The position numbers and the translations under genes were made by a program. The notes under the pieces were generated by a model that saw only the letters and a program-made list of their open reading frames with translations, was not told the origin of the DNA and ran no database searches. From Patescibacteria group bacterium (GTDB lineage: Bacteria; Patescibacteriota; Minisyncoccia; 2-02-FULL-40-12; GWA2-44-9), in NCBI GenBank assembly GCA_038064515.1, contig JBBTSY010000005.1:50093-114092 (forward strand): a DNA stretch of 64,000 bases, written 5' to 3'. The stretch's first letter is position 1, and each line of letters opens with the position of its first letter. Of this stretch, positions 39,773 through 51,473 are shown in pieces.

Positions 39773-40090
39773 AGTGTTTGTGTATTATATAAGGATATCT
39801 ATCACCTCGGACAGAAGATTCCCAAGCGAGATAAATTCGGTATCTATCGCAAAGTTGAAGATGCCACGCTTGATCTTCTCACGACTCTCATAACAGCTAC
39901 GTTCGAGTCGCGAGACCGCAAACACACTATTCTAGTCTCTGCGCGCATCAATGTGGAAGTATTAAAGTGGCTGGTGCGAATGATATACGAAATCAAAACA
40001 ATTCATTTGAGCCGATATATCGCTCTCGAATCTCAACTTCAGGAAATCTCTAAAATGACAAACGGCTGGATCAAATACCTCCAGCCGTAG
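39725..40090 (+). CDS. avd: Avd-like four-helix-bundle accessory protein
   Basis: 121 aa, basic and helical. IPKRDKFGI, LKWLVRM, LQEISKMTNGW motifs. Lies between TR and RT but on the opposite strand. Confidence 0.85.
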   Translation: MSLIKPPPKDSVPLIHSVCVLYKDIYHLGQKIPKRDKFGIYRKVEDATLDLLTTLITATFESRDRKHTILVSARINVEVLKWLVRMIYEIKTIHLSRYIALESQLQEISKMTNGWIKYLQP

Positions 40091-40102
40091 TCATCGAAAC
40101 TT

Positions 40103-40218
40103 CTCACGAGCGCGGATGTTGTCGTTGCAGTTCTCGACACTGTTCCAGTTCACGTTGAGCTTGTCGTTGTCGCTGTTCCAGTTCACGTTCGGGACGTTGC
40201 CGTCCGAGTTCCGCGATC
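40103..40218 (-). repeat. DGR template repeat (TR)
   Basis: Non-coding copy of VR with 12 AAC codons. 96/116 identical to VR. Confidence 0.95.
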
Positions 40219-40465
40219 TTTTGCCTGATTCCGTCCATTCACCGGAAACCTTTTTCAGAGTTTCCTGTGTTACCGACTCGTATCGGAAGTTTTCCGAGGC
40301 ATACCTCGTGAGAACCAGACAAGCAGTTTCGGTATATATGGCAAACCGCTATCCCATAGGACCGGTTGTAATAGCCATTCGTAAGTATAAAACAAAAACG
40401 AAGGCCCCAACAGACTGAAAGTCCGCCGGGGCCAGGGAAAGGGAACAAGGGTGAAGGGAGAAGTG

Positions 40466-41227
40466 TTAGGCGGCCTGCTTCGCATCCGCCACCGAAACCA
40501 CCTCACGAGCGCGGATGTAGTCGCTGCAGCGCTCGACACCGCTCCAGCGCACGCGGAGCCTGCCGTGGGCGCTGTCCCAGTCCACGCCCGGGACGCTGCC
40601 GTCCGAGTGCCGCGATCCGGAGCAAAGCGTGTAGTTCTTGATGTCCAGATGGCCGCTCGTCTTGTAGTGGAACCACAGTTCCAGAAGCAGGCGCTCCAAG
40701 AGAGTCATCGTCGTGATGTCCCGCTCGGCGATCTTCTTGGCCGAGAGGTTCTTGAGCTCCTCGTCAGCTTCGACGCGAGGACGGCACCAGATGATGTACG
40801 GAGCATCTTTGACGGTTCGCTCGTCCTTGTCCTTGGGGACGGCCTTGTCCAGGGACTGGTCGGTGTACTTCCATCCACGCAAGCGCTCGACGCACTTGTC
40901 GAATGCCTGCTGGACGGAGATACCGGGAATCACCGCGACGCCCCAGCCGAAGCTGGAACGCACGGGAGGAAGTGAAACATGCGACAAGTCCACGACTACC
41001 CCGAAGACATCCGTGTAGAACTTCGTCCAGTCCGCCAAGAACGCGGCCGTGTCCAGGCCCGAGGCGTAGGTAACGCCGCCGTTGGCCCAGCCGTCATGGC
41101 TGATCTGCTGGGCTTTGTCCACCAGTATGAGCTCGCCGGACATGAAGCGCTTGGCGCGCTCCTGGCCGCCGATCTTGTTCCCAAGGTCCATGACCTGCTT
41201 GAGGGTCAGTCCATCAAAGTCGCTCAT
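40466..41227 (-). CDS. DGR target protein with C-terminal variable region (likely C-type-lectin-like fold)
   Basis: VR encodes the C-terminal ...SRHSDGSVPGVDWDSAHGRLRVRWSGVERCSDYIRARE. SD GAAGGAG. Fold inferred from known DGR targets. Confidence 0.9.
   Translation of the reverse strand: MSDFDGLTLKQVMDLGNKIGGQERAKRFMSGELILVDKAQQISHDGWANGGVTYASGLDTAAFLADWTKFYTDVFGVVVDLSHVSLPPVRSSFGWGVAVIPGISVQQAFDKCVERLRGWKYTDQSLDKAVPKDKDERTVKDAPYIIWCRPRVEADEELKNLSAKKIAERDITTMTLLERLLLELWFHYKTSGHLDIKNYTLCSGSRHSDGSVPGVDWDSAHGRLRVRWSGVERCSDYIRAREVVSVADAKQAA
40469..40490 (-). promoter_or_regulatory. DGR target-recognition hairpin downstream of VR/IMH
   Basis: GGCGGA-TGC-GAA-GCA-GG-CCGCC on the coding strand: a GAA triloop hairpin about 11 nt 3' of VR, absent after TR. 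Confidence 0.6.
40502..40617 (-). repeat. DGR variable repeat (VR)
   Basis: 20 mismatches versus TR, all opposite TR adenines (13 A>G, 6 A>C, 1 A>T). Confidence 0.95.
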
Positions 41228-41332
41228 CGCATACTCCTTCCCGCACTACGCAGGAGAGTTTTGGCCGCACTACGCGGCAGTTAAGGAACTCTGGCAGAAT
41301 TGCCAGTACGAGTAAATTGTACTCTTTCCTAC

Positions 41333-43437
<2,105 letters not shown>

Positions 43438-43477
43438 ATTCATCGAGGTTTCATAAATACCCCTACATTATACCATT

Positions 43478-43852
43478 TTACTGGCCGATTTCAAGAGCGC
43501 GACTCACCCCATTGAAGGTGCCAAGTGCTCGAAACTTAAACGTCGTGGAACTCAACGGCCGACAGTCAGCGCTAACATCGACCGGGCTCGCTGAAAGACT
43601 TGCGATGGTAAATGTGGCTCCATTAATCAAAATCGGCCGCGCAATAGCACTAGCAGGCTGATTGCGCGCTTCGTACAGGCATACCTCCGTTGCGGAATCT
43701 GCGGCATAGATAGCGCGGGTAGAATTGCCAGCTTCCGCAATTGATCTCACCTTCGGAATAAAAACACTGGCTAAGGTTAGTGTAATAGCAAGAATACTTG
43801 CGAGGAGGAGGAGAGAAAAGATGATGATGGAACCTTGTTGGGAGTTCTTCAT
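43478..43852 (-). CDS. PilX-like minor pilin
   Basis: QQG|SIIIFSLLL leader lacking E5, AIYAADSATE motif. Last gene of the pilin run. Confidence 0.75.
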   Translation of the reverse strand: MKNSQQGSIIIFSLLLLASILAITLTLASVFIPKVRSIAEAGNSTRAIYAADSATEVCLYEARNQPASAIARPILINGATFTIASLSASPVDVSADCRPLSSTTFKFRALGTFNGVSRALEIGQ

Positions 43853-43853
43853 A

Positions 43854-44411
43854 TCAATTACTAAATTCAATGGCATTATCGCGCGATATGACGGTTGTTT
43901 CGAGATCAAATACCAGCGTATCCTCGGGACGAGTTGCCCGACTACTCGCTTGCATGATAATCCCCACCCGAGCCTGCTTTTGATCTCCCACGGTAGCAGT
44001 CACGGTCGTGCCAAGGACACAGAAATTAAGACGGCTAAAATTAACATCCGCGGAGGTGATAGTCGTAACCGTTCCTCCGGCTTGGCGCTGGATCAGTCCG
44101 CCGGACGTCGAATAAATCACCGTGCCGTTCACGGGGTGTACGATAGTGAGCGTTGTACGATCGCAAAGAGGAGCATCCTGATTGTCAATCTTGCTCACCC
44201 GGATTTCGCGTGCCATAAGCTCGAGGGCAAACAATGTATTCTCCTGGACTTTTTGCGCTCCCGCGCCGCGACGCTGAAGGGCAAGAATCTGGGTGAAAAT
44301 ACCGCCGATGGCAATTACGATCATCGAGAACACAAATACTGATATCAGAACCTCAATGAGGCTGAACCCGTGTTGATCATTCTTTAATTTATGGCTATTA
44401 AATAGTCTCAT
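43854..44411 (-). CDS. Minor type IV pilin (PilW-like)
   Basis: HG|FSLIEVLISV prepilin motif, LELMAREIR. Confidence 0.85.
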   Translation of the reverse strand: MRLFNSHKLKNDQHGFSLIEVLISVFVFSMIVIAIGGIFTQILALQRRGAGAQKVQENTLFALELMAREIRVSKIDNQDAPLCDRTTLTIVHPVNGTVIYSTSGGLIQRQAGGTVTTITSADVNFSRLNFCVLGTTVTATVGDQKQARVGIIMQASSRATRPEDTLVFDLETTVISRDNAIEFSN

Positions 44412-44950
44412 TTCCAATCAAATAAATGCGATTCCACTTTAAAACTCCGGCTTCTATTTCTTTCTGTCCATAGAATTTCCGAAGTTATCATTAGTTCAAC
44501 GCTGGATATTTTCTGAATACTCACTTTTCTTTTATAAATGGTTTGAACTGAAGAGCTTCCCGGGTTGATGCGGTATTTCCCTTGTATTCCGCGATAAAGA
44601 AAACGGTCTTGATAGATAGAAAATGGTGGAATTGAATCCCATTGCAGTTCATAGTCGCCGTCGGCAAGATCGGTATCAAAAGCAGAACCGACGAACCAAT
44701 TTGAATCACGAGTCGCCCGTATCACCTCAATTCCCTCCTGGGCCAATCCCGCCGCAATAACATTATTTCTTATGGAATAGGCGATACCTACCGATGAGGT
44801 TGAAAGCGCATACGCCGGCACGATGGCGACGGAAAGTATCGTCAGCGCAACTAGCGCTTCAACAAGCGTAAACCCGTTAGAGTCGAAGCACATATTTTTG
44901 TGAGCTCGATTTTGGCGAATAAATCCTCGGTTATTGCATTGGTTATTCAT
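44408..44950 (-). CDS. Minor type IV pilin (PilV-like)
   Basis: NG|FTLVEALVAL, LAQEGIEVIRA.RDSNW. Leader carries a palindromic insertion. Confidence 0.85.
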   Translation of the reverse strand: MNNQCNNRGFIRQNRAHKNMCFDSNGFTLVEALVALTILSVAIVPAYALSTSSVGIAYSIRNNVIAAGLAQEGIEVIRATRDSNWFVGSAFDTDLADGDYELQWDSIPPFSIYQDRFLYRGIQGKYRINPGSSSVQTIYKRKVSIQKISSVELMITSEILWTERNRSRSFKVESHLFDWK

Positions 44951-45501
44951 TATGGGCACGTAGCGCCTGTTGCCGTATCAATCCGGCTCGAGGGATAAAC
45001 ACAAATAATTCGGCAGCTTCCCGGGCTGGTGGCGCAATCGGCGCCGGTACGACGAATAACGATCTGGACTGGCGGCGTACTTAACCCGGCAATATTATTG
45101 ATAAAGGTCGCCGGATCGGGCGGCTCAAAAAAAATATCGGAAAATGAACTGCGAAATTCCACGCCTTGATCGCGAATGGTGACAGTACGAGCTATGGTAT
45201 CAGTCACTTCGTAATTTCGATTATAGGTCGAGCAGGCATTTGACGCAGTAGGACTCGTGTATATCTTAAATGTGGTAGCGTTAACATAGGACACGCCGTA
45301 CCCGCACCGTAAGGTACTATTGTATGTCGCTGAAGTTATTGCTTTGGTCTGCGTATCGCGGATATCCGCTACCACGAGATTCATCGTATGATCAAGGTTA
45401 AGTTTTGTTTCAGAGAAATTGACCATCAAAAAGCCGGTGATAACGATGGTAATTGAGGCCACCACCAATACTTCGATGAGCGTAAACCCGCTATTTCGCA
45501 T
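44950..45501 (-). CDS. Minor type IV pilin (FimT/GspH-like)
   Basis: SG|FTLIEVLVV prepilin motif, CGYGV, IFFEPPDP. Confidence 0.85.
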   Translation of the reverse strand: MRNSGFTLIEVLVVASITIVITGFLMVNFSETKLNLDHTMNLVVADIRDTQTKAITSATYNSTLRCGYGVSYVNATTFKIYTSPTASNACSTYNRNYEVTDTIARTVTIRDQGVEFRSSFSDIFFEPPDPATFINNIAGLSTPPVQIVIRRTGADCATSPGSCRIICVYPSSRIDTATGATCP

Positions 45502-45894
45502 TTAGAAAATTTTAACCGTTATGACATCCCCGGAGCGCAAAGGAATAGAATGAATTTTATGGCCATCGATAAGGTTTGAGTTTATAAAAAACCGAATAGT
45601 GTCTCCTGCATCGTGGCCATCAAGTTGCGTAATGATGGTTGCATCACGAACCTCATCAATACTAAATGAAAGCGGAATATTGCCGGCGCGCGCTGAAGCG
45701 TTGAGCGCATCGAGAACAACCATGTCCTCGACAACCTCACCCTGGAAAATCCGTTCTTGATCAGATGATAGAATAATAAGTTGAGCTTCGGCGGATTGGG
45801 ATCTGCTCGTAAGGAACATCGTAGCCATCAAAGCAACAACAACGATGACTTGCATCGGGGTATTAGAAGTACCAGCGAAATGTTTGGATTTCAT
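45502..45894 (-). CDS. Small secreted hypothetical protein (beta-grasp/DUF4430-like)
   Basis: Hydrophobic N-terminus, MVVLDALNA, FFINS...LRSGDVITV. Confidence 0.55.
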   Translation of the reverse strand: MKSKHFAGTSNTPMQVIVVVALMATMFLTSRSQSAEAQLIILSSDQERIFQGEVVEDMVVLDALNASARAGNIPLSFSIDEVRDATIITQLDGHDAGDTIRFFINSNLIDGHKIHSIPLRSGDVITVKIF

Positions 45895-46612
45895 TGAAAA
45901 AAATAATATAGACGACGGATACGCCTGCCAGGAATGACCCGAACGGCAGAGCGGACTTTCCCGTAGCTTTGCCTGCCGCTATGAACGCGATGCCGGTAGC
46001 GGCCGCCAGCCAAATGGAAGCGATGGCTGTTAAAACTCCGAACGGATAGCCAAACGCCACGCCAACAAGAAACATGAGCTTAACATCTCCGAAACCGACC
46101 CATCGACCTCGCGAAACTACATATAGTATAGCAAACAGCGCGCTAAGCAGTAAACCGGTTGCCAGTGAAGAAGGCAGAAGACTTTTATTCAAAAAAACTA
46201 AATAACCCACGGTGATGACGGACATGATCGCGATAATAACATCGGGTAAAATAAGATGGATCAGATCAAATAATAGCAACGCGAGAAAGCCGATAACAAG
46301 CATTGCAAACCACAGTGTATGAGGCGAAAGATCAAAACCATATTGGAAAAAGAACGCTACCAGAATTCCAGCGGCCACAAGCTCTACGATCGGGTACTGC
46401 CAGGAAATCTTAGCGCCACATGATCGGCATCGGCCACGTAAAACAATAAAGCTTAAAAGCGGCACCAGGTCATACCAGGCCAATCGCGCATTGCATAATG
46501 GGCAGTGCGATCGCCCAAACAACATTCCGTCCTCTTTCCCCCAGCGCGAGATGACAACATTAAAAAAACTGCCTACGCATAATCCTAAGAGTGCCATAAG
46601 TGCATACAACAT
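45863..46612 (-). CDS. pilD: Prepilin peptidase
   Basis: GSFFNVVI.R, RSHCPLC, LRGRCRSC, YPIVE, GFGDVKL, LPFGSFL. Confidence 0.93.
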   Translation of the reverse strand: MLYALMALLGLCVGSFFNVVISRWGKEDGMLFGRSHCPLCNARLAWYDLVPLLSFIVLRGRCRSCGAKISWQYPIVELVAAGILVAFFFQYGFDLSPHTLWFAMLVIGFLALLLFDLIHLILPDVIIAIMSVITVGYLVFLNKSLLPSSLATGLLLSALFAILYVVSRGRWVGFGDVKLMFLVGVAFGYPFGVLTAIASIWLAAATGIAFIAAGKATGKSALPFGSFLAGVSVVYIIFFNEIQTFRWYF

Positions 46613-46640
46613 GATTTCAGTATACCAATAAACACAACGA

Positions 46641-46666
46641 AAAGGAGGCCCGCTCGGGCCTCCTTT
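46641..46666. terminator. Intrinsic terminator after the major pilin
   Basis: AAAGGAGGCCCG-CT-CGGGCCTCCTTT hairpin. Confidence 0.8.
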
Positions 46667-46676
46667 ATATTCAGAG

Positions 46677-47315
46677 TTATTTCTGGCCTACATCGTATAC
46701 GCAGTCCGTTTCCGTAGAAACGTAGGGACTGCAATTTGCGAGAACTTCAGCGACACTAAGATTTTCGACATCACCCGTCGGGGTCGCCCATGCCGATGAG
46801 TCAATATCAGCATCAGCGGCAAGACCCGAAGCATTAAAGTTTTCTAACTGAACCCAGATATGAAACTTGGTAGGATTTGTTGCTAGGGTGCCGCCACCGG
46901 AGCCGTAAGGATACGGAGCTTGCGTAACGGGGTCTAGCGGCAGTGCGTTGGTGCTTAGATAGGTGGTAAGCTGGGCAATATCAAGGCGCCCGCCCACGCC
47001 GTGCGAATTATTTGGCGCCGCTACAGACGCCTGGGGATATTTACCGCCGTTATCATCATAGTAAAGCTCCACCGCCGTGCGGAGTTGAGCCACATCTGAA
47101 ATACGCTTTGCATCTCGGGCTTTAGCACGGGCTGTCCCAAGCTGTACAAGTACTAAAGTTGCCAAGACGCCAATGATCGCGATAACAACCAAAAGTTCGA
47201 CCAAGGTAAAACCCTGCGAGAGGCTGAACGTCTTTCTACGGGGAAATGTTGCAGTAAACACTGTACGCAATAGTTGGCATAGAGAGTAGAACAATACGAT
47301 TGTGTCCACCCACAA
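46677..47315 (-). CDS. Major type IV pilin / GspG-like
   Basis: QG|[44 protein letters not shown]. Own terminator. TTG start with AGGAG. Confidence 0.88.
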   Translation of the reverse strand: MWVDTIVLFYSLCQLLRTVFTATFPRRKTFSLSQGFTLVELLVVIAIIGVLATLVLVQLGTARAKARDAKRISDVAQLRTAVELYYDDNGGKYPQASVAAPNNSHGVGGRLDIAQLTTYLSTNALPLDPVTQAPYPYGSGGGTLATNPTKFHIWVQLENFNASGLAADADIDSSAWATPTGDVENLSVAEVLANCSPYVSTETDCVYDVGQK

Positions 47316-47393
47316 CGCTCCTACTTAATTAATGTATCTTCATTATAGAACTCCCTGATGAATGTACAACAAAAGATATCAACAATATCAAGC

Positions 47394-48602
47394 CTACACC
47401 GCGCCTACAAGACTGTAGATCGGCAAGAGGATGCTTGAAACAAGGATCGCCACACCGATACCGAGCACGAATACCAGCACCGGCTCGATGAGTTGAGAGA
47501 TATTCTGGATATCGTTCTCCGATTCCGTCCGGAAAAATTTGGACACATGGCCAAGCATGTACTCGACCTTGCCGGTCTTCTCCCCGATCGCCACCATAGA
47601 GGTCATCAGCGCCGGAATTTCCTTATATTTACCGAAAACTTCCGATATGGAGCCACCGCCGCGAACATTTTCTTCGGCGTCGAGGAGAATACCCTGGAAG
47701 TTCCGATTGCCAACAAGGTCCGAAGTAATTTTAATCGCATCGAGAATTGAAATATCGGCCTTAACCAGAGTGGCAAGACTTTCTGCAATTCGGGCCAGGT
47801 AAAGATTCCGAAAGATTTTGCCAAACAACGGCACTGCTAGCTTAAGACCATCAAACCAAATCTTTCCTTTCTCCGTGGAAAGATAGCGCCAAAAGAAGAA
47901 AATAGACCCGATAACAAACACCATAATCAGCATCAGGTGGGCATTTACAAAATTAGTGACGGCGATCAGGATCCTTGTGGTAATCGGCAATTGACTCACG
48001 CCCGCTTCCTTAAAGATGGAGAGCAGTTGAGGCAAGACATACACCACCATGATAAGCGACACGACAATCATGGCGAAGATTACGAAGCCCGGATACGTCA
48101 ATGCGCCCCTGATCTTTGAATTGATCGCTTGTGTTCTTTCCAGGTAATCAGCTAGATAGGCCAATGAATCCTGGAGTTTACCTGACGCTTCGCCCGAACG
48201 CACCAGTTTGATATAAAAGGGCGAGAAAAGCTTCGGATATTGGGCCAAGGCCGCGGATAGCGAAGATCCCCCTTCTACTTCATCGGCTACATTGCCTATG
48301 ATTTTCGAAAAAGACGCCTTCTCAATCTGTTTTGCGAGTGTCCGCAGACCTTCGGCAAGAGGCATGTCCGCTTCGATCAATGTCGAAAGTTGGCGCGTAA
48401 ATGCTACGATATCTTTTACGTTGGGCCGATCGAAAATCCGGTTGAGATCGGCGGAAAAAATACCTTTTTTTGTCGATTTGAGAGAAAGCACGACATATCC
48501 TTTGCCGTGGAGCAGATCGACAGCAATATTCTCGCTCGGAGCTTCGATGGCTCCCTCAAAGAATTGGCCAGCCTGATCTTTTGCTTGGTATGTAAATTCC
48601 AT
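47394..48602 (-). CDS. pilC: Type IV pilus platform protein PilC/GspF
   Basis: FTRQLSTLI, GEASGKL, KIRGALTYP, GEKTG, LIEP. Confidence 0.93.
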   Translation of the reverse strand: MEFTYQAKDQAGQFFEGAIEAPSENIAVDLLHGKGYVVLSLKSTKKGIFSADLNRIFDRPNVKDIVAFTRQLSTLIEADMPLAEGLRTLAKQIEKASFSKIIGNVADEVEGGSSLSAALAQYPKLFSPFYIKLVRSGEASGKLQDSLAYLADYLERTQAINSKIRGALTYPGFVIFAMIVVSLIMVVYVLPQLLSIFKEAGVSQLPITTRILIAVTNFVNAHLMLIMVFVIGSIFFFWRYLSTEKGKIWFDGLKLAVPLFGKIFRNLYLARIAESLATLVKADISILDAIKITSDLVGNRNFQGILLDAEENVRGGGSISEVFGKYKEIPALMTSMVAIGEKTGKVEYMLGHVSKFFRTESENDIQNISQLIEPVLVFVLGIGVAILVSSILLPIYSLVGAV

Positions 48603-48604
48603 GG

Positions 48605-49669
48605 TTATTTGAGCAGTGATTTAAGCGCATCGGGGCTTTGGGAATAGAACTCGGCCCGATCAAGAGAAATTTCATTTTTGCGAACCAATTCAGCAAGGGA
48701 TCGATCAAGAGAAATCATACCCATATCATAGCCGGTTTCGATGGTTAAATCCAACTGCTTCAATCGGTTGTCGCGAATATGGGTCCGCACTGCTGTGGTA
48801 GCGATCATTACTTCCACCGCGGGGATGAGGCCGCCGCGGATCCTGGGAATAAGGCGCTGTGAGACGATGCCTGAAATAGTATTCGCCAATTGACTGCGAA
48901 TTTGGGACTGCTGGGCCGCGGGAAAGCCGTCAATAATGCGTTCGATCGTCTGCGATGCGCTATTCGTGTGGAGCGACGCAAAAACCAGGTGGCCGGTTTC
49001 CGCCGCTGTTACCGCCGCGCTGATCGTTTCATAATCGCGTAGTTCCCCCACCATCATCACGTTGATATCTTGGCGGAAGCTTACGCGCAAAGCTTTGCTA
49101 AATGAGTGCGTATCATGATTCACTTCACGCTGATCGATGATGCTTTTTTCGGATTTGAAAATATATTCAATAGGATCTTCGATAGTAACGATTTTTTCGG
49201 TTCGTTCTTTATTAATGAGGTTGATGAGCGCGGCCAAGGTCGTTGATTTGCCATGTCCCACCGGCCCTACTACGAGTACGAATCCTTGTGAAAGCTTCGT
49301 AAACACTTTGATAATCTGAGGAAGATTGAGCTCTTCGATAGTCCGAATTTCATCAGGAATAAACCGAAGCGCCGCTGCGATATTCCCCTTGGTGTAGTAG
49401 GCATTCACTCGAAAACGAGCCTTCTGCTCAAGCTCATATGAAAAATCGAGCTCTTTTTCGACCAAAAAAAGTTCTTTCCGCTCTCCCAGCATTGTAAACA
49501 CGAGTCCTTCAAGCGCCTCGCGATCAAGGATTTTTTTATTTGTAAGCGCTACCAGTCGGCTATCAACGCGAAGCGTTGGATAGTGACCGGGTGACAAGTG
49601 CAAATCTGATGCGCCCTGCTGCGCAGTCATAAGGAGCAATTCATTAAGATATTGTCGGTAATCTTCCAT
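48605..49669 (-). CDS. pilT: Type IV pilus retraction ATPase
   Basis: ASDLHL, RFRVNAY, GPVGHGKSTT, TIEDPIE, GELRD, AAETGHLVFASLHT. Start set at ATG 49669. Confidence 0.92.
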   Translation of the reverse strand: MEDYRQYLNELLLMTAQQGASDLHLSPGHYPTLRVDSRLVALTNKKILDREALEGLVFTMLGERKELFLVEKELDFSYELEQKARFRVNAYYTKGNIAAALRFIPDEIRTIEELNLPQIIKVFTKLSQGFVLVVGPVGHGKSTTLAALINLINKERTEKIVTIEDPIEYIFKSEKSIIDQREVNHDTHSFSKALRVSFRQDINVMMVGELRDYETISAAVTAAETGHLVFASLHTNSASQTIERIIDGFPAAQQSQIRSQLANTISGIVSQRLIPRIRGGLIPAVEVMIATTAVRTHIRDNRLKQLDLTIETGYDMGMISLDRSLAELVRKNEISLDRAEFYSQSPDALKSLLK

Positions 49670-49676
49670 AGCGATA

Positions 49677-51428
49677 TTAGGCGCTGTCGCCGGATTGGGC
49701 GACTTCCAGGAGCTCCTCAAGGGAAGCTACGCCTTTGAGGACTTTTAGAATTCCATCTTGAAACATAGTAATCATTCCTTGTTGTTTCGCTTCCTCGCGC
49801 ATTGCCGCCTCGGAGAGATTGCCTAAAATAATTTCTTCCAGCTTGGTGGTCATTTCCATCATTTCAAAGATAGCGATTCGGCCTTTAAAAGCTTTTCCGC
49901 CGCACTCTTTGCACCCGCTTTTCAGATTGGGCTTGAAAACCGCATAGCCGCTTGAAGAACTTATTTCCTTCTGATACTTCGCCGGCATGCTCATAATGGC
50001 GTCGTTGATGATTTTTTCTTCGCCGACATTCGCTTTTGTTTCAATTTTGCACGTACTGCACAAGCGGCGAAGCAACCGCTGGGCCGCGGCTACATTGAGC
50101 GTAGGAGGAATGAGGTATTTTTCTACACCCATATCGATCAAACGAGGGATAACGCCGAGTGAGTCATTAGTATGGAGCGTCGACAGCACGATATGGCCGG
50201 TCAACGCGGCCTGAATGGCCAAAGATGCCGTTTCTTTGTCGCGGATTTCACCAACCATAATGACGTCGGGGTCTTGCCGTAAGATGTGGCGCAGACCGCT
50301 CGCGAAGGTATAGCCGATTTCTTCATGAATCTGGGATTGGTTGATGCCATCGATGAAATATTCGATCGGGTCTTCCAGCGTCACGATATTAATCTCTTCG
50401 TTATTGATTCTTTTTAAAATGCCCGCGATTGTTGTTGATTTACCGGAACCAGTTGGACCGGTAATTAGAATGATACCGAACGGTTTAGCAATGGCCTTCT
50501 CGAGCAGTTCCGAGGATCTGCCTTCAACGCCCAGCGTCGCCAAGTCGACTTTATTGGCAAGCGGATCTAAAATACGCATCACGACCTTTTCGCCATGTTT
50601 TGTCGGGAACGTGGACACACGAAAGTCAATCTTACGTTTGCCCAGCATAATCGAAAAGCGGCCGTCCTGTGCCAAACGTGTCTCGTCAATCTTCAAATCA
50701 GAAAGAATTTTAATGCGAGTAACGACCGCGGAGTGAAGATTCTTCGGAAGCGTAAGTGAAGTGATAAGAATGCCATCAATGCGAAATCGAGTTCGCACGC
50801 GGTCATCAAACGGTTCGATATGAATATCAGACGCCCGGGATTCCACGGCGTGTTTGAGCGTCGCACTGACAATCTTAGTAACCGGCGATTCAGCGGTAAT
50901 CTCTTCGATTTTGGCATTTTCGTCAGTCTTTTCCGCGGCATCCTCTTCGGAAATAGATTCAAGCGCTTTACCTACTTCACCAGTCAGCGTGCGATAATGA
51001 CGCACCACTGAATCATAGCTTTGGTAGCCAATGACATATTTGTCCAACGTCAGCCCTTTATCGGAGGCGATAAACTTCAACGCTTCAAGCGCTTCAATAT
51101 TTTCAGGGTCGATAATGCCGATCTTGAGGATGTTCCCTTCTTTGGCGAACGGCACAATCCGATAAAAACTGGCGACATCTTCAGAAATTTCTTTAAGCGC
51201 TTCCTTGCTCAATTCTGCCTTATCCAAATCCACGGATGGCAATCCATAAAGCTGCACTTTTAATTGCAGAAGGTCTGCATCAGAAATGACATTTTTTTCG
51301 ACAAGAATTTGACCAAGATCTTTTCCTTCTTTCTGGACAAGCTTGGGCAACGCCTCAATATCCGCCGGCGTCAGTTTGCGGAGCTTAACCAGCTCGTTGA
51401 TAAGCAGTTTGGGTATTTTTATCGCCAT
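49677..51428 (-). CDS. pilB: Type IV pilus assembly ATPase PilB/GspE
   Basis: ASDIHIEP, QDGRF, TGPTGSGKSTT, LRQDPDVIMVGEIRD, LSTLHTN, CxxC...CxxC. Confidence 0.94.
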   Translation of the reverse strand: MAIKIPKLLINELVKLRKLTPADIEALPKLVQKEGKDLGQILVEKNVISDADLLQLKVQLYGLPSVDLDKAELSKEALKEISEDVASFYRIVPFAKEGNILKIGIIDPENIEALEALKFIASDKGLTLDKYVIGYQSYDSVVRHYRTLTGEVGKALESISEEDAAEKTDENAKIEEITAESPVTKIVSATLKHAVESRASDIHIEPFDDRVRTRFRIDGILITSLTLPKNLHSAVVTRIKILSDLKIDETRLAQDGRFSIMLGKRKIDFRVSTFPTKHGEKVVMRILDPLANKVDLATLGVEGRSSELLEKAIAKPFGIILITGPTGSGKSTTIAGILKRINNEEINIVTLEDPIEYFIDGINQSQIHEEIGYTFASGLRHILRQDPDVIMVGEIRDKETASLAIQAALTGHIVLSTLHTNDSLGVIPRLIDMGVEKYLIPPTLNVAAAQRLLRRLCSTCKIETKANVGEEKIINDAIMSMPAKYQKEISSSSGYAVFKPNLKSGCKECGGKAFKGRIAIFEMMEMTTKLEEIILGNLSEAAMREEAKQQGMITMFQDGILKVLKGVASLEELLEVAQSGDSA

Positions 51429-51473
51429 AATGAAAAAAGCGCCGCTCCCTCCTCCCGTAAGCGATACGCTAAG

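Larger units (their letters stand above)
38744..41227 (-). mobile_element. Diversity-generating retroelement (target/VR, TR, avd, RT)
   Basis: RT, Avd-like protein and a 116-nt TR/VR pair differing only at TR adenines. Confidence 0.95.

Noticed and set aside
40103-40218. GTT-rich periodic sequence as microsatellite or CRISPR array
   Set aside because: Explained by AAC codons of the DGR template. No repeat-spacer array or cas gene seen anywhere in the window.
40116-41315. Alternative ORFs over TR and target (40116..40418, 40270..40539, 40451..40975 and others)
   Set aside because: Shadows of the GC-rich target gene and of non-coding TR. Only 40466..41227 places AAC-derived codons in frame.
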